This document shows, piece by piece, positions 49,658-59,459 of a DNA stretch of 64,000 nucleotides. The DNA is from Candidatus Marinacidobacterales bacterium. Its GTDB lineage: Bacteria > Acidobacteriota > Vicinamibacteria > Marinacidobacterales > SMYC01. The DNA lies in assembly GCA_965224085.1 (NCBI GenBank), contig CBDCYI010000011.1, forward strand, positions 1,408,001 through 1,472,000, in the 5' to 3' direction. The position numbers were made by a program, and so were the translations under genes. The notes under the pieces were generated by a model that made no database searches, was not told where the DNA came from, and was given only the letters and a program-made list of their open reading frames with translations. Within the stretch, counting starts at the first letter, position 1, and the number at the start of each line of letters is the position of its first letter.

Positions 49658-50731
49658 ATGAACGCTGTAATTCTTGCGGGAGGCAAAGGGACAAGACTGC
49701 GTCCTCTGACGCTCAATACTCCCAAACCCATCGTCCCCATTCTCACCCGCCCATTCCTGTCGCTGCAAATCGAGCTTCTCAAGAAAACCGGGATCGACAA
49801 CATCGTCCTTTCCCTGTCCTATCAGCCTCGGCGCATCGAAGAGTTGTTTGGTGACGGTTCGGCTCTCGGCGTCAAGATCCACTACACGATGGAGCCCGAG
49901 CCTCTCGGCACTGCCGGCGCCGTCAAGAATGCAGAGTCCTTGCTCGCTGGTCGCACGGTTGTTTTCAACGGCGACGTCTTGAGCGATCTCGATCTCGCGG
50001 AGGTGCTGAAGCAGCATGAAGAGACCGGGGCGAAAGCGACGATCGTACTCACACCCGTAGAGAATCCGAGCGCCTATGGGCTCGTGGAGACAGAAGTTGA
50101 TGGCCGCGTCCGGCAATTCCTGGAGAAGCCGAGCTATGACGAGATTACGTGCGACACGATCAACGCCGGTGTCTACGTCCTCGAGCCGGAGACCCTGGAC
50201 TTCATCCCCAAAGGAGAGAGCTATTCCTTCGAACGCGGTTTTTTCCCGAATCTACTGAAAGACAACATCCCGTTCTATGCCTACGTGCATCGCGGCTATT
50301 GGATTGACATCGGCACCCCGGAGAAATATTTGCGAGTGCACCGCGACATTCTGTCCCGAGCCCTTCCCTTCGAAAGCTTCAGCCCGAATGCGGGTGGAAC
50401 CTATGTCGACCCGACAGCGATGGTCGAAAGCGGGGCCAGAATACAAGGCCCCGGATATATCGGCGAAGGTGCGCTCGTGAAGGCCGGAGCTCAACTCGAA
50501 CCGTTCGCGGTCGTGGGGCCCAACTGCCGGATCGAGTCGGAAGCCATTTTGGGCAATTCGGTGCTTTGGTCCAATGTGCGCATCGGCACCGAAGCGCGGG
50601 TGCGTGGTGCACTCATCGGCCGCAGCGCTCATATCGGGCATCGCTCGGTTCTCGATGGCAGCGTCGTTCTCGGAGACAAGTCCGTACTCACGGATTTCAG
50701 CCGTGTGACTGCGCTAGACGCTGACGGGTGA
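49658..50731 (+). CDS. NDP-sugar pyrophosphorylase (mannose-1-phosphate guanylyltransferase-like)
   Basis: LAGGKGTRLRPLT..PKP, PLGTAG, NGDV, WIDIG, hexapeptide C-terminus. Confidence 0.9.
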   Translation: MNAVILAGGKGTRLRPLTLNTPKPIVPILTRPFLSLQIELLKKTGIDNIVLSLSYQPRRIEELFGDGSALGVKIHYTMEPEPLGTAGAVKNAESLLAGRTVVFNGDVLSDLDLAEVLKQHEETGAKATIVLTPVENPSAYGLVETEVDGRVRQFLEKPSYDEITCDTINAGVYVLEPETLDFIPKGESYSFERGFFPNLLKDNIPFYAYVHRGYWIDIGTPEKYLRVHRDILSRALPFESFSPNAGGTYVDPTAMVESGARIQGPGYIGEGALVKAGAQLEPFAVVGPNCRIESEAILGNSVLWSNVRIGTEARVRGALIGRSAHIGHRSVLDGSVVLGDKSVLTDFSRVTALDADG

Positions 50732-50760
50732 AGAGCTGGTGTATACTTCTGTTCGAACGA

Positions 50761-50836
50761 GCGGGTGTAGCTCAGTTGGTAGAGTACAAGCTTCCCAAGC
50801 TTGGTGTCGCGGGTTCGAGTCCCGTCGCCCGCTCCA
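50761..50836 (+). tRNA. tRNA-Gly(CCC)
   Basis: GCGGGTG/CGCCCGC acceptor stem, CAAGC-TTCCCAA-GCTTG anticodon arm, GGTTCGAGTCC T arm, encoded CCA; 76 nt. Confidence 0.96.
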
Positions 50837-50960
50837 AAGACTCGCCACGGCTCGAGCGCTCGTTCTCACCGCGCGCGCGTGGAGCCTTTGGTTAGGGCCG
50901 CCTTGCGCACCAAGCTGTCGAGTGGAGGGCTAGGCCAGGCCCGAGCTGGAAGGAGGATTC

Positions 50961-51452
50961 GTGGGAATCTTTAGTGGAAAAACGGAGAACAAGCCGGCTC
51001 CGGCCGCTGCGCAACCGGTACGCGAGCGGACGCCGAGCACGCCGAAGCCTTCCGGGCAACCGGCCACGGTCATCGGCAAGGAGGCGCTCGTCAAAGGCGA
51101 GCTCACCAGCAAGAACGAGATGGTGATCGAAGGCCGTGTCGAAGGCACCATCCAGGGGGAACAGCGTGTCGTGATCGGCGAGGCCGGCAACGTCCAAGCC
51201 GACATTTCTGCAACTGTCGTATCCATCCGGGGAGAGGTCTACGGCGACTGCACGGCGTCCGACAAGATCGAGATCACCGAGACGGGCAAAGTGTTCGGCA
51301 ATATTTCGGCCAAGACCATCCGCGTCGCCGAGGGCGCCATCTTCCGCGGTTCGAGCAAGATGGCGAAACCGCCGAAGTCGAAGCAACCACAGCGCAAACC
51401 AACCGAGACCCCGCCCAGCGACAACCCGACGCCTCCGTCGCGCGCAAACTGA
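50961..51452 (+). CDS. Bactofilin (polymer-forming cytoskeletal protein)
   Basis: TVIG..VKGEL..IEGRVEG..G.V.G.I..V.EGA.F.G with Pro-rich tails; GGAGG RBS. Confidence 0.92.
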   Translation: MGIFSGKTENKPAPAAAQPVRERTPSTPKPSGQPATVIGKEALVKGELTSKNEMVIEGRVEGTIQGEQRVVIGEAGNVQADISATVVSIRGEVYGDCTASDKIEITETGKVFGNISAKTIRVAEGAIFRGSSKMAKPPKSKQPQRKPTETPPSDNPTPPSRAN

Positions 51453-51504
51453 AGCGGCCGATTCACGGTCGAGGCCCATCCGTTAACGTAAGGATTCAGC
51501 ACGA

Positions 51505-52617
51505 ATGAAAATCGGCACCATTACGGAGATCAAAGACAACGAATATCGCATGGGGCTCGTGCCGGGTGGCGTCAAAACGCTTACAGCTGCAGGACACGAA
51601 GTCCTGGTCCAGGATGGCGCAGGGCTCGGAAGCGGCATCACGAACAAAGAATTTGTCTCGGCGGGCGCCAGGATTGTACCGTCGGTGGACGACGTCATCG
51701 ACGCGGCGGAAATGGTTATCAAAGTCAAAGAACCGCTCGCAGTGGAAGTCAAGAAGCTGCGGGAAGGCCAGATCCTCTTCACGTATTTACACCTCGCACC
51801 GCTGCCAGAGCTCACCGACGGTCTGCTCGAGCGCGGCGTCACCGGAATCGCCTACGAGACCATCACGTCCCACGACGGCTCGCTCCCTCTTTTGACACCC
51901 ATGAGTGAAGTTGCAGGGCGCATGGCGATTCAAGAAGGCGCGCACTACCTCGAGAAGGCCGAGGGCGGCTGCGGCATACTCGTGGGCGGTGTCCCCGGCG
52001 TTCCCCGCGGAAGAATCTCGATCATCGGCGGCGGGGTCGTCGGGCTCAACGCCTGCAAGATGGCGGTCGGGCTCGGCGCTCAGGTGACCGTGCTCGAGAC
52101 AAGCGTCGGCCGGATGCAATATCTCGACGACATCTTCCAAGGACGTATTACAACGCTCATGTCGAACCCTATTACCATCGAAGAGTCGGTGCGCACAGCA
52201 GACCTCGTCGTCGGTGCGGTTCTCATCCCGGGCGCTTCAGCGCCAAAGATCGTGACCCGCGACATGATCCGAGAAATGAACAAGGGCGCCGTCATCGTCG
52301 ACGTAGCCGTCGATCAAGGTGGGTGCATCGAGACCACCCGCCCGACGACGCATAGCGAGCCGACATTCGTCGTCGACGGCGTCGTCCACTACTGTGTCGC
52401 CAATATGCCAGGCGCCGTGCCGAGAACGTCCACCTTTGCTCTCACGAACGTCACATTGCCCTTCGCGCTCGATATCGCGAATCATGGCTTCAAGGAGGCC
52501 ATCCAATCGGATCCGCATCTGATGGCCGGCGTGAACACGTATCAAGGCAAGATGACGTGCGCACCTGTAGCCGTGTCGCAAAACCGGGACCATTCACCCG
52601 TTCAAGAACTTCTCTGA
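51505..52617 (+). CDS. ald: Alanine dehydrogenase
   Basis: [36 protein letters not shown]. Confidence 0.96.
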   Translation: MKIGTITEIKDNEYRMGLVPGGVKTLTAAGHEVLVQDGAGLGSGITNKEFVSAGARIVPSVDDVIDAAEMVIKVKEPLAVEVKKLREGQILFTYLHLAPLPELTDGLLERGVTGIAYETITSHDGSLPLLTPMSEVAGRMAIQEGAHYLEKAEGGCGILVGGVPGVPRGRISIIGGGVVGLNACKMAVGLGAQVTVLETSVGRMQYLDDIFQGRITTLMSNPITIEESVRTADLVVGAVLIPGASAPKIVTRDMIREMNKGAVIVDVAVDQGGCIETTRPTTHSEPTFVVDGVVHYCVANMPGAVPRTSTFALTNVTLPFALDIANHGFKEAIQSDPHLMAGVNTYQGKMTCAPVAVSQNRDHSPVQELL

Positions 52618-52720
52618 TTTCTGAACGGCCCCCGGAGGAGAAGGGTGCACATCCCCGAGCTCACCGCCAAATACCGCTCAAAAGGTGGACGAAGCGCGTC
52701 GAGGAGCCGATCTTGTTCGG

Positions 52721-52749
52721 TTGACAAGACACAAGCCGCTTGGTAAAAA
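52721..52749 (+). promoter_or_regulatory. Sigma70-like promoter TTGACA-N17-TAAAAA for the hrcA operon
   Basis: Perfect -35 and 17-bp spacer, about 65 bp upstream of the hrcA ATG. Confidence 0.55.
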
Positions 52750-52813
52750 AGGAGTTAGCGGAATCTGCGCTCTCAGACGAACGTCCGCGAAAAAGCAAAG
52801 GCGAACAAGGATC

Positions 52814-53881
52814 ATGGAAGCTCCGGCACTCGATGCTCGCAGTCGCGAGATCCTGCGACAAATGGTCCACATCTTTATCATGACGGGCGAGCCGGTCGGC
52901 TCCCGAACGCTCTCGAAAGTTAACTCACGAGGCTATTCACCCGCGACGATTCGCAACGTGCTCGCTGACCTAGAAGAGATGGGCTACCTCTACCAACCCC
53001 ATACTTCCGCCGGGCGGGTGCCCACGGATCGCGGCTATCGTTTCTATGTAGGCACGCTGATGGAGGGGGAGGAGCTCGCGCCGCCCTTGCGCCAATGGAT
53101 CCAGGAACAAATGCAGCCGAATGAAGCGGGGCTCGGCGGTCACGGAGGCCTCGTGCAGCGCACGTCGAGACTGCTATCCACGATGACCGGCATGGTGGGT
53201 TTCGTGACAGGCCCGAACTCTCGCAATAGCGTCTTGCATCACGTGGATTTCGTACGCATGGCGCCGCGACGTTTGCTCGTTGTGTTGGTTTCACAAGCGG
53301 GTCACGTGACGAATCGCGTCATCGAGATTGCCGACGATCTAGCCGGTGACGATCTCGCACAATGCGCTCGCTATCTCGAAGAGCAGTTTTGCGGCTACAC
53401 GCTCTCGGAGGCGCGGGAGCTCCTTCTGCATCGTTTGAAAGAGATCGAGGCCGTGGTCAATGGCCTCGTTCGCAAGGCGCTAACGATAGCCGATGCGGCC
53501 TTCACGGAAGAGCCCGCATCCGAAATTTACGTCGAGGGCACCTCGCGCATGCTGGAGAAGCCCGAATTCGTCAAGAACATCGAGCACGCACAACAGCTCC
53601 TCGCCACGCTCGAAGAGCGGCACAAATTGGTCGGGATCCTCAACGCGTGCCTCGATGGCTCCGGTCTCCGGATCGTCATCGGCTCGGAAGCGCAGGTCCC
53701 GGTTCTCGAAGGCATCTCCCTGATAGGCGCCCGTTACTCGAATGGCAGCCAACAGCTCGGGTCCATCGGTATCATGGGGCCCACGAGGATGGAATATGCC
53801 CGATATATTTCCGTTGTTGATTACATCGCGAGTTCGCTGTCCGCCGCCATTACACCAGCGGGGAGCGAACTAGCCAATTGA
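52814..53881 (+). CDS. hrcA: Heat-inducible transcription repressor
   Basis: GEPVGSRTL, SPATIRN, QPHTSAGRVPTD.GYR, GPTRMEY. Confidence 0.95.
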   Translation: MEAPALDARSREILRQMVHIFIMTGEPVGSRTLSKVNSRGYSPATIRNVLADLEEMGYLYQPHTSAGRVPTDRGYRFYVGTLMEGEELAPPLRQWIQEQMQPNEAGLGGHGGLVQRTSRLLSTMTGMVGFVTGPNSRNSVLHHVDFVRMAPRRLLVVLVSQAGHVTNRVIEIADDLAGDDLAQCARYLEEQFCGYTLSEARELLLHRLKEIEAVVNGLVRKALTIADAAFTEEPASEIYVEGTSRMLEKPEFVKNIEHAQQLLATLEERHKLVGILNACLDGSGLRIVIGSEAQVPVLEGISLIGARYSNGSQQLGSIGIMGPTRMEYARYISVVDYIASSLSAAITPAGSELAN

Positions 53882-53956
53882 TTTATTCGAAAAGCGCAGG
53901 GCTCCGTTCACGACGGGTTCGCGAGCAAATAGTGAGCGCCGGTGCCACGAGCACAC

Positions 53957-54712
53957 ATGTCTAGAAAAAAGAGCCATAATAAAAAGAAAAACAACGACCG
54001 TACAACAACAAAAGCGGATACCGGTGTCGCCCACACTGATCAAGTCCAAGTCGAAGTCGATTCTCCCGAAGCTTCTGCGGCAGCGGAAGAGCTGTCGATC
54101 TCTGTCGACCACCAAGAAGCGTCACCCGCCGGCGCTCTGCCGCCGGAAGCGGCATCCGCCCCGGTCGGTCTCGACGGGGGCGACGAGCCGCTCGCAGACA
54201 CGACGGAGTTCGACCGTCTCGCCGCCGACGCTCAGGAGATGCGGTTGCTCGCACAGCGCAAGCAAGCGGAGTTCGAGAACTACCGAAAGCGCGTCGAGCG
54301 GGAGCGCGCTGAGACCATCAAATACGCGGCGGCAGATCTGATGATGGAGATTTTGCCCGTACTCGACAATCTGGAGCGTGCTATCGCCGCGTCGCAGTCC
54401 GGCAGTGAAGAAAAGCTGCTCGAAGGGGTCGAGATCATCCGCAAGCAGTTCCATGATGCTCTGACCAAACAGGGTCTGGTCGAGGTCGACGCGATAGCCG
54501 CACCGTTCGATCCTCACGTTCACGAGGCCGTCGGCAGAGTCGAGACGAACGAGCATCCCGAAGGCACCGTCGTGGAAGTTCTTCAGAAAGGCTATTTGTA
54601 CAAGGACCGGCTGTTGCGACCGTCCATGGTCAGCGTGTCTCAGCCTGCCGAGGGGACGTATGACGAGCCCGTCCAAGAGGACGAGGACCGCGCCGTACCA
54701 CAGGAAGAGTGA
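53957..54712 (+). CDS. grpE: Nucleotide exchange factor GrpE
   Basis: AEFENYRKR, LPVLDNLERA, FDPHVHEA, GY..RLLRPSMV.V. Confidence 0.95.
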   Translation: MSRKKSHNKKKNNDRTTTKADTGVAHTDQVQVEVDSPEASAAAEELSISVDHQEASPAGALPPEAASAPVGLDGGDEPLADTTEFDRLAADAQEMRLLAQRKQAEFENYRKRVERERAETIKYAAADLMMEILPVLDNLERAIAASQSGSEEKLLEGVEIIRKQFHDALTKQGLVEVDAIAAPFDPHVHEAVGRVETNEHPEGTVVEVLQKGYLYKDRLLRPSMVSVSQPAEGTYDEPVQEDEDRAVPQEE

Positions 54713-54737
54713 GCGTCGAGCGTGAAGGAGTACTACA

Positions 54738-56537
54738 TTGAGTAAGGTCGTCGGAATCGATCTCGGAACCACGAACTCCTGTATCGTAGTGATGGAAGGT
54801 GGCACGCCGCAGGTCATCCCAAACCAGGAAGGGGCGCGCACGACCCCATCCATCGTCGCTTTCACGAGCAAGGGTGAGAGGCTCGTCGGCCAGATCGCAA
54901 AGCGGCAAGCATTGACCAATCCGCAGAACACCGTCTACGGCGTGAAGCGTTTGATCGGGCGCCGTTTCAATTCGCCGGAAGTGCGAAACGCGCAAAAGGT
55001 TCTCCCCTATCAGATCATCGAAGCGACGAACGGCGATGCTCATCTGCAGATCGAGGACAAGGTCTATAGCCCGCCCGAACTCGCCGCGATCGTTTTGCAG
55101 AAGCTGAAGGCCGCGGCGGAGGATTACCTCGGAGAGCCGGTCGAAGAAGCCATCATCACGGTGCCGGCCTATTTCAACGACTCGCAGCGGCAAGCGACCA
55201 AGGACGCGGGCACGATTGCCGGCTTGAACGTACAACGCATTCTCAACGAGCCGACAGCGGCTTCGCTCGCGTATGGCATGACCGAGGGCGCGTCGGGAAA
55301 GGTCGTCGTCTACGACCTCGGCGGCGGCACGTTCGACATCTCGATCCTAGAGCTCAATGATGGAATCTATCAGGTGCTCGCCACGGGCGGCGACACTTAT
55401 CTCGGTGGCGAAGATTTCGACCAGCTCATCATCAATTGGCTGGTGGAGGAGTTCCAAAAGGAGAACGAGATCGATCTCACCGGTGACAGTATGGCGCTCC
55501 AACGGCTCAAAGAAGCGGCAGAGAAGGCCAAATGTGAGCTCTCGACGCAAGCCCAAGCCGAAATTGTCCTTCCCTTCATCTCGGCAAATCAGAGCGGCCC
55601 CAAACATCTGAACACGGTCCTCACCAAGACGAAGTTCGAGCAGATGATCGAGCCTCTTCTCGAAAGAACGCGCAAACCTTGCGAAGACGCGCTCAAGGAT
55701 GCGGGGCTGTCCGCTGCGGATTTAGACGACGTCATCCCAGTGGGTGGCCAGACGCGGACACCGAAGGTTCTCGAGACGATCCAGAAAATATTCCTAAAAG
55801 AGCCGAACCGGAGCGTCAATCCGGACGAAGTCGTCTCCATCGGCGCCGCGATCCAGACGGGCATCATGCAGGGCGAGGGAACCGACCTCGTGCTACTCGA
55901 TGTCACGCCTCACACGCTCGGTATCGAGACCAAGGACGGCACCTTCACGTCGCTCATCGATCGCAACGCCAACATCCCGACAAAGAAGGGCCGGATCTTC
56001 ACGACGGTCACCGACAACCAGAACAAAGTCGAGGTGCACGTACTTCAGGGCGAAGGCACGATGGCGCACGAGAACACGTCGCTCGGCCGCTTCATGCTGT
56101 CGGATGTCTCGCCTGCCCCGAAAGGTGTACCGCAGATCGAAGTTATTTTCGAGATCGACGTGAACGGCATCGTGCAAGTGACCGCGCTCGATCAGGCAAC
56201 GGGTCGCCAGCAGAACATCACGGTGCGCGCGGCGAGCGGTCTAACGCAATCCGAGGTCGCCAAAGCGCGAACCGAGAACGATCAACAAGTGCAGTTGGAG
56301 GAAGGGTTCAAAGAGCGTGACCGCATTGTCGGCCAGCTCCAGGGTCTCACGCAGAGCACACGGAAGACATTCGAGCTTCTCTCCGCAAAGCTGACCGACG
56401 AGGAGCGGAGCTCTGCGACTCAGGCGCTCACCAAGGCGGAGCAAGCAAAGGAAGGCTCGCTCGACGAGCTTCAAGCAGCCCTCTCGATTCTAGAGACCAC
56501 TGCCGAAGCTCTTGGGCAGGCCATGCTGCGCGGCTAA
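54738..56537 (+). CDS. dnaK: Chaperone DnaK
   Basis: [31 protein letters not shown]. Confidence 0.95.
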   Translation: MSKVVGIDLGTTNSCIVVMEGGTPQVIPNQEGARTTPSIVAFTSKGERLVGQIAKRQALTNPQNTVYGVKRLIGRRFNSPEVRNAQKVLPYQIIEATNGDAHLQIEDKVYSPPELAAIVLQKLKAAAEDYLGEPVEEAIITVPAYFNDSQRQATKDAGTIAGLNVQRILNEPTAASLAYGMTEGASGKVVVYDLGGGTFDISILELNDGIYQVLATGGDTYLGGEDFDQLIINWLVEEFQKENEIDLTGDSMALQRLKEAAEKAKCELSTQAQAEIVLPFISANQSGPKHLNTVLTKTKFEQMIEPLLERTRKPCEDALKDAGLSAADLDDVIPVGGQTRTPKVLETIQKIFLKEPNRSVNPDEVVSIGAAIQTGIMQGEGTDLVLLDVTPHTLGIETKDGTFTSLIDRNANIPTKKGRIFTTVTDNQNKVEVHVLQGEGTMAHENTSLGRFMLSDVSPAPKGVPQIEVIFEIDVNGIVQVTALDQATGRQQNITVRAASGLTQSEVAKARTENDQQVQLEEGFKERDRIVGQLQGLTQSTRKTFELLSAKLTDEERSSATQALTKAEQAKEGSLDELQAALSILETTAEALGQAMLRG

Positions 56538-56629
56538 AGGCCCGGAGCCGGAAAACGTCCTATCAGCCGACCTTCGTTCCGACCGGAAAAGACACTCTAT
56601 AATGGGTCCAATCGGTCGGGAGATTCATT

Positions 56630-57766
56630 TTGAGTAGCACGACGAAACGCGATTTTTACGAAGTGCTCGGTGTCGATCGGCAGGCGAGCCAGCAGGACAT
56701 CAAGAAGGCCTATCGCCGGCGCGCAGTCGAATTCCACCCGGACAAGAACCCCGACAACCCCGAGGCGGAAGACTCCTTTAAAGAGGCAGCCGAAGCCTAT
56801 AGCATCCTCGGAGACCAGCAGAAGCGCGCTGTCTACGATCGATACGGGCACGAGGGGCTCCGCGGCGGACCTCAAGTCAACACGGACATCTTCCGGGAGT
56901 TCACCGACATCTTCGGCGGCGGCGGCAGCATCTTCGAAGAGCTGTTCGGCGACTTCTTCGGCGGTGTGGGCCGAAGACGCCGCGACGTTCGCGGCGCCGA
57001 TCTTCGCTACGATCTCGAGATTACCTTCGAAGAGGCTGTCAAAGGCGCCGAGACGCGGATTCTCGTCCCGCGTAACGAGCTCTGCGAAAAGTGCGACGGT
57101 TCGGGAGCGACTCCCGGCACCCAGACCCAAGCCTGCCCCACCTGCGGCGGTCATGGGCAAGTGCGCTACCAGCAGGGGTTTCTCGTCGTCGCGCGCCCGT
57201 GCGCTCAGTGTCAGGGGACGGGACGCTTCACACCGAACCCGTGCGCGCGATGCGCGGGCACCGGCCATGTCGCGCGGGAGCGTGAGCTTACCCTCAGGAT
57301 CCCGGCCGGTGTCGATACGGGCTCACGCCTGCGGCGCACAGGCGAAGGTGAAGCAGGCGTCCAAGGCGGGCCTCCCGGAGACCTCTATGTTGTTCTGAGC
57401 GTGGCACCCCACAGCCTGTATCGTCGGGACGGCGACGAAATTCTCATCGAGCTTCCCATTACGTTCGCCCAGGCCGCGCTGGGCGCCGATGTGGCCGTCC
57501 CCACCATCCACGGAACCCAGCGCATCAGCATCCCTGAGAGCACCCAAACGGGCACTATCATCAAGATTCGCAACAAAGGTGTCCCCCGGCTCAGCGGCTC
57601 AGGAAACGGCGATCAGATCGTCGTCGTGAACGTCATCACGCCATCCAAGCTCACGAAAGAGCAGCGCTCGCTTCTGGTAGCGCTCGGCGAGCTTACACCA
57701 CCGCCCAAAATGGGTGAACGAGCTCCGGGAGCCGAGAAGAGCTTCTTCGAAAAACTCTTTGGATAG
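56630..57766 (+). CDS. dnaJ: Chaperone DnaJ
   Basis: HPD J-domain and four CxxCxGxG motifs. Confidence 0.96.
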   Translation: MSSTTKRDFYEVLGVDRQASQQDIKKAYRRRAVEFHPDKNPDNPEAEDSFKEAAEAYSILGDQQKRAVYDRYGHEGLRGGPQVNTDIFREFTDIFGGGGSIFEELFGDFFGGVGRRRRDVRGADLRYDLEITFEEAVKGAETRILVPRNELCEKCDGSGATPGTQTQACPTCGGHGQVRYQQGFLVVARPCAQCQGTGRFTPNPCARCAGTGHVARERELTLRIPAGVDTGSRLRRTGEGEAGVQGGPPGDLYVVLSVAPHSLYRRDGDEILIELPITFAQAALGADVAVPTIHGTQRISIPESTQTGTIIKIRNKGVPRLSGSGNGDQIVVVNVITPSKLTKEQRSLLVALGELTPPPKMGERAPGAEKSFFEKLFG

Positions 57767-58577
57767 TTATCCGATACTGGAGCTCTCGGGCTCGGCGGAG
57801 GAGCTCGAGATAGCGGTGGCGCTCCTCAGCGAGCACGGCCTTTTAGGAACGATCGAATCCGAGACGAGCGACGGTCTCTGCGCTTACTTCGCGAAATCGA
57901 CCGCTTTGGCGCACGTCGTCGACGAGCTGATGCAGCGCTTCGACTCTGTCCTTTGCCACATCGCCGAGCCTCTCGAAGCGCGTGACTGGCAAGAGGAGTG
58001 GAAGGCGGGCCTCGACGGTTTTCACCTCGGCCGTGGCTTTTTCGTTCTCCCGACATGGAAGAGTCCCGTCGCGACAGACCGAACGCTACTGCGTCTCGAC
58101 CCCGAGCAGGCCTTCGGGACGGGCGCCCACGAGACGACACGGCTAGCGGTCGCGCTCCTCGAAGAGCACGTCGCCCCCGGAGCAGACGTTATCGACGTGG
58201 GTACGGGCACGGGCATCCTCGCCATGGTGGCGGTCCACCAAGGCGCACGCGCCGTGCTCGCCGTGGAGCCTGATGAAGCGGCGGCCGCCTGTGCCCGCGC
58301 GAACATCGAGCGCAACGAGCCCTCGGAGCGCATTCGCATCGAGTCCTGCGGCTGGGAGGCCATGGGAGCCATCGAGGCGGACGTCGTGGTCGCAAACATC
58401 ATCTCCGCCGTGCTCGAGAAAGCGGTGCCTCACATGCGGGGGACGATCCTGTTGTCGGGCCTACTCGTCGAGGAGCTCGACGCATTCGTCGCCGCCCTTC
58501 CAGATGACTGCGTCGTAAGAAAGCGACGCCAAGAGGGCGAATGGGCAGCACTCGCGCTCGAACGGCCTTTGAGTTGA
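57759..58577 (+). CDS. prmA: Ribosomal protein L11 methyltransferase
   Basis: DW...[30 protein letters not shown]. Confidence 0.92.
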   Translation: MDSYPILELSGSAEELEIAVALLSEHGLLGTIESETSDGLCAYFAKSTALAHVVDELMQRFDSVLCHIAEPLEARDWQEEWKAGLDGFHLGRGFFVLPTWKSPVATDRTLLRLDPEQAFGTGAHETTRLAVALLEEHVAPGADVIDVGTGTGILAMVAVHQGARAVLAVEPDEAAAACARANIERNEPSERIRIESCGWEAMGAIEADVVVANIISAVLEKAVPHMRGTILLSGLLVEELDAFVAALPDDCVVRKRRQEGEWAALALERPLS

Positions 58578-59287
58578 GTCGAGAGCGGCGTTTTTTTGTG
58601 GACGATCTGAACACGCCGTTCATAGAGCTGACCGGCGACCAAGCCCACCACCTCATCCATGTGCTTCGGCTGAGCACCGGCGACACGGTAGCCCTTTTTG
58701 ACGGTCGCGACACAGCAACGTCCGCGCGCGTGGCCAGCATCCACAAGGACACCGTCCAGCTCGAGCTCGGCGACCCCATCCCCGCCCACGAGTCCCCCCT
58801 CGCGCTCACCCTCGCCGTCGCCGTGCCAAAAGGCGAGAAGATGTCGCTCATCGTCCAGAAGCTCACCGAGCTCGGCGTGACAGCCGTACAGCCACTCATC
58901 ACCGACCATGGCGAAGTACATGAAGAGTGGATCCAAAAACGCCTGAAACGCTGGCGCCACATCGCATTAGAAGCCGCAAAACAAAGCGCCCGCAGCCGTC
59001 TCCCCCGCATCGAACCACCGAAACCGTTCGACGACGTCGACGTCATCCAGCGCAACACGTTGCTCCTAAGACCCGGCGCTCCCCCGCTACGAGAAAAACC
59101 GTCGATAAAGCAACCCATTATCGCAGTAGGCCCCGAAGGAGGCTGGTCGAACCGCGAGCTCGCGCTGGCCCACGAACGCTCCGTACTGGAGCTAAGCCTA
59201 GGCCCAAGAACGCTCCGCACCGAAACCGCCGCCATCACCGCCACCGCCGTCATTCAATGGCTAGCCGGCGACCTCGCCGAAACGTAG
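58574..59287 (+). CDS. rsmE: 16S rRNA m3U1498 methyltransferase
   Basis: HLIHVLRL, K.TELGV, EAAKQS.R, VGPEGG, LGPRTLRTETA. Confidence 0.93.
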   Translation: MSRERRFFVDDLNTPFIELTGDQAHHLIHVLRLSTGDTVALFDGRDTATSARVASIHKDTVQLELGDPIPAHESPLALTLAVAVPKGEKMSLIVQKLTELGVTAVQPLITDHGEVHEEWIQKRLKRWRHIALEAAKQSARSRLPRIEPPKPFDDVDVIQRNTLLLRPGAPPLREKPSIKQPIIAVGPEGGWSNRELALAHERSVLELSLGPRTLRTETAAITATAVIQWLAGDLAET

Positions 59288-59459
59288 CTCTGTAGATCGC
59301 TATTTGGGAGGCGCAGCGCTATGCCGGGCTTTCGGCGCTGCCGCTCGCCATGGCCGGGTGCGACCTGTCTACGCAGGTCTATCCGGTTCTCAGGGCTGCG
59401 AAGTCGTAGGCCAAGATTGTGTGCGTACGGCGCGCGCCGTTGGTGCTGGCTGTGCTAGC

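Noticed and set aside
50761-50960. tRNA-Gly as an island integration site
   Set aside because: No integrase and no duplicated tRNA 3' end seen; flanks are housekeeping-type genes
52822-52850. CIRCE-like half-site GGCACTC inside hrcA
   Set aside because: No matching GAGTGC half at 9-bp spacing
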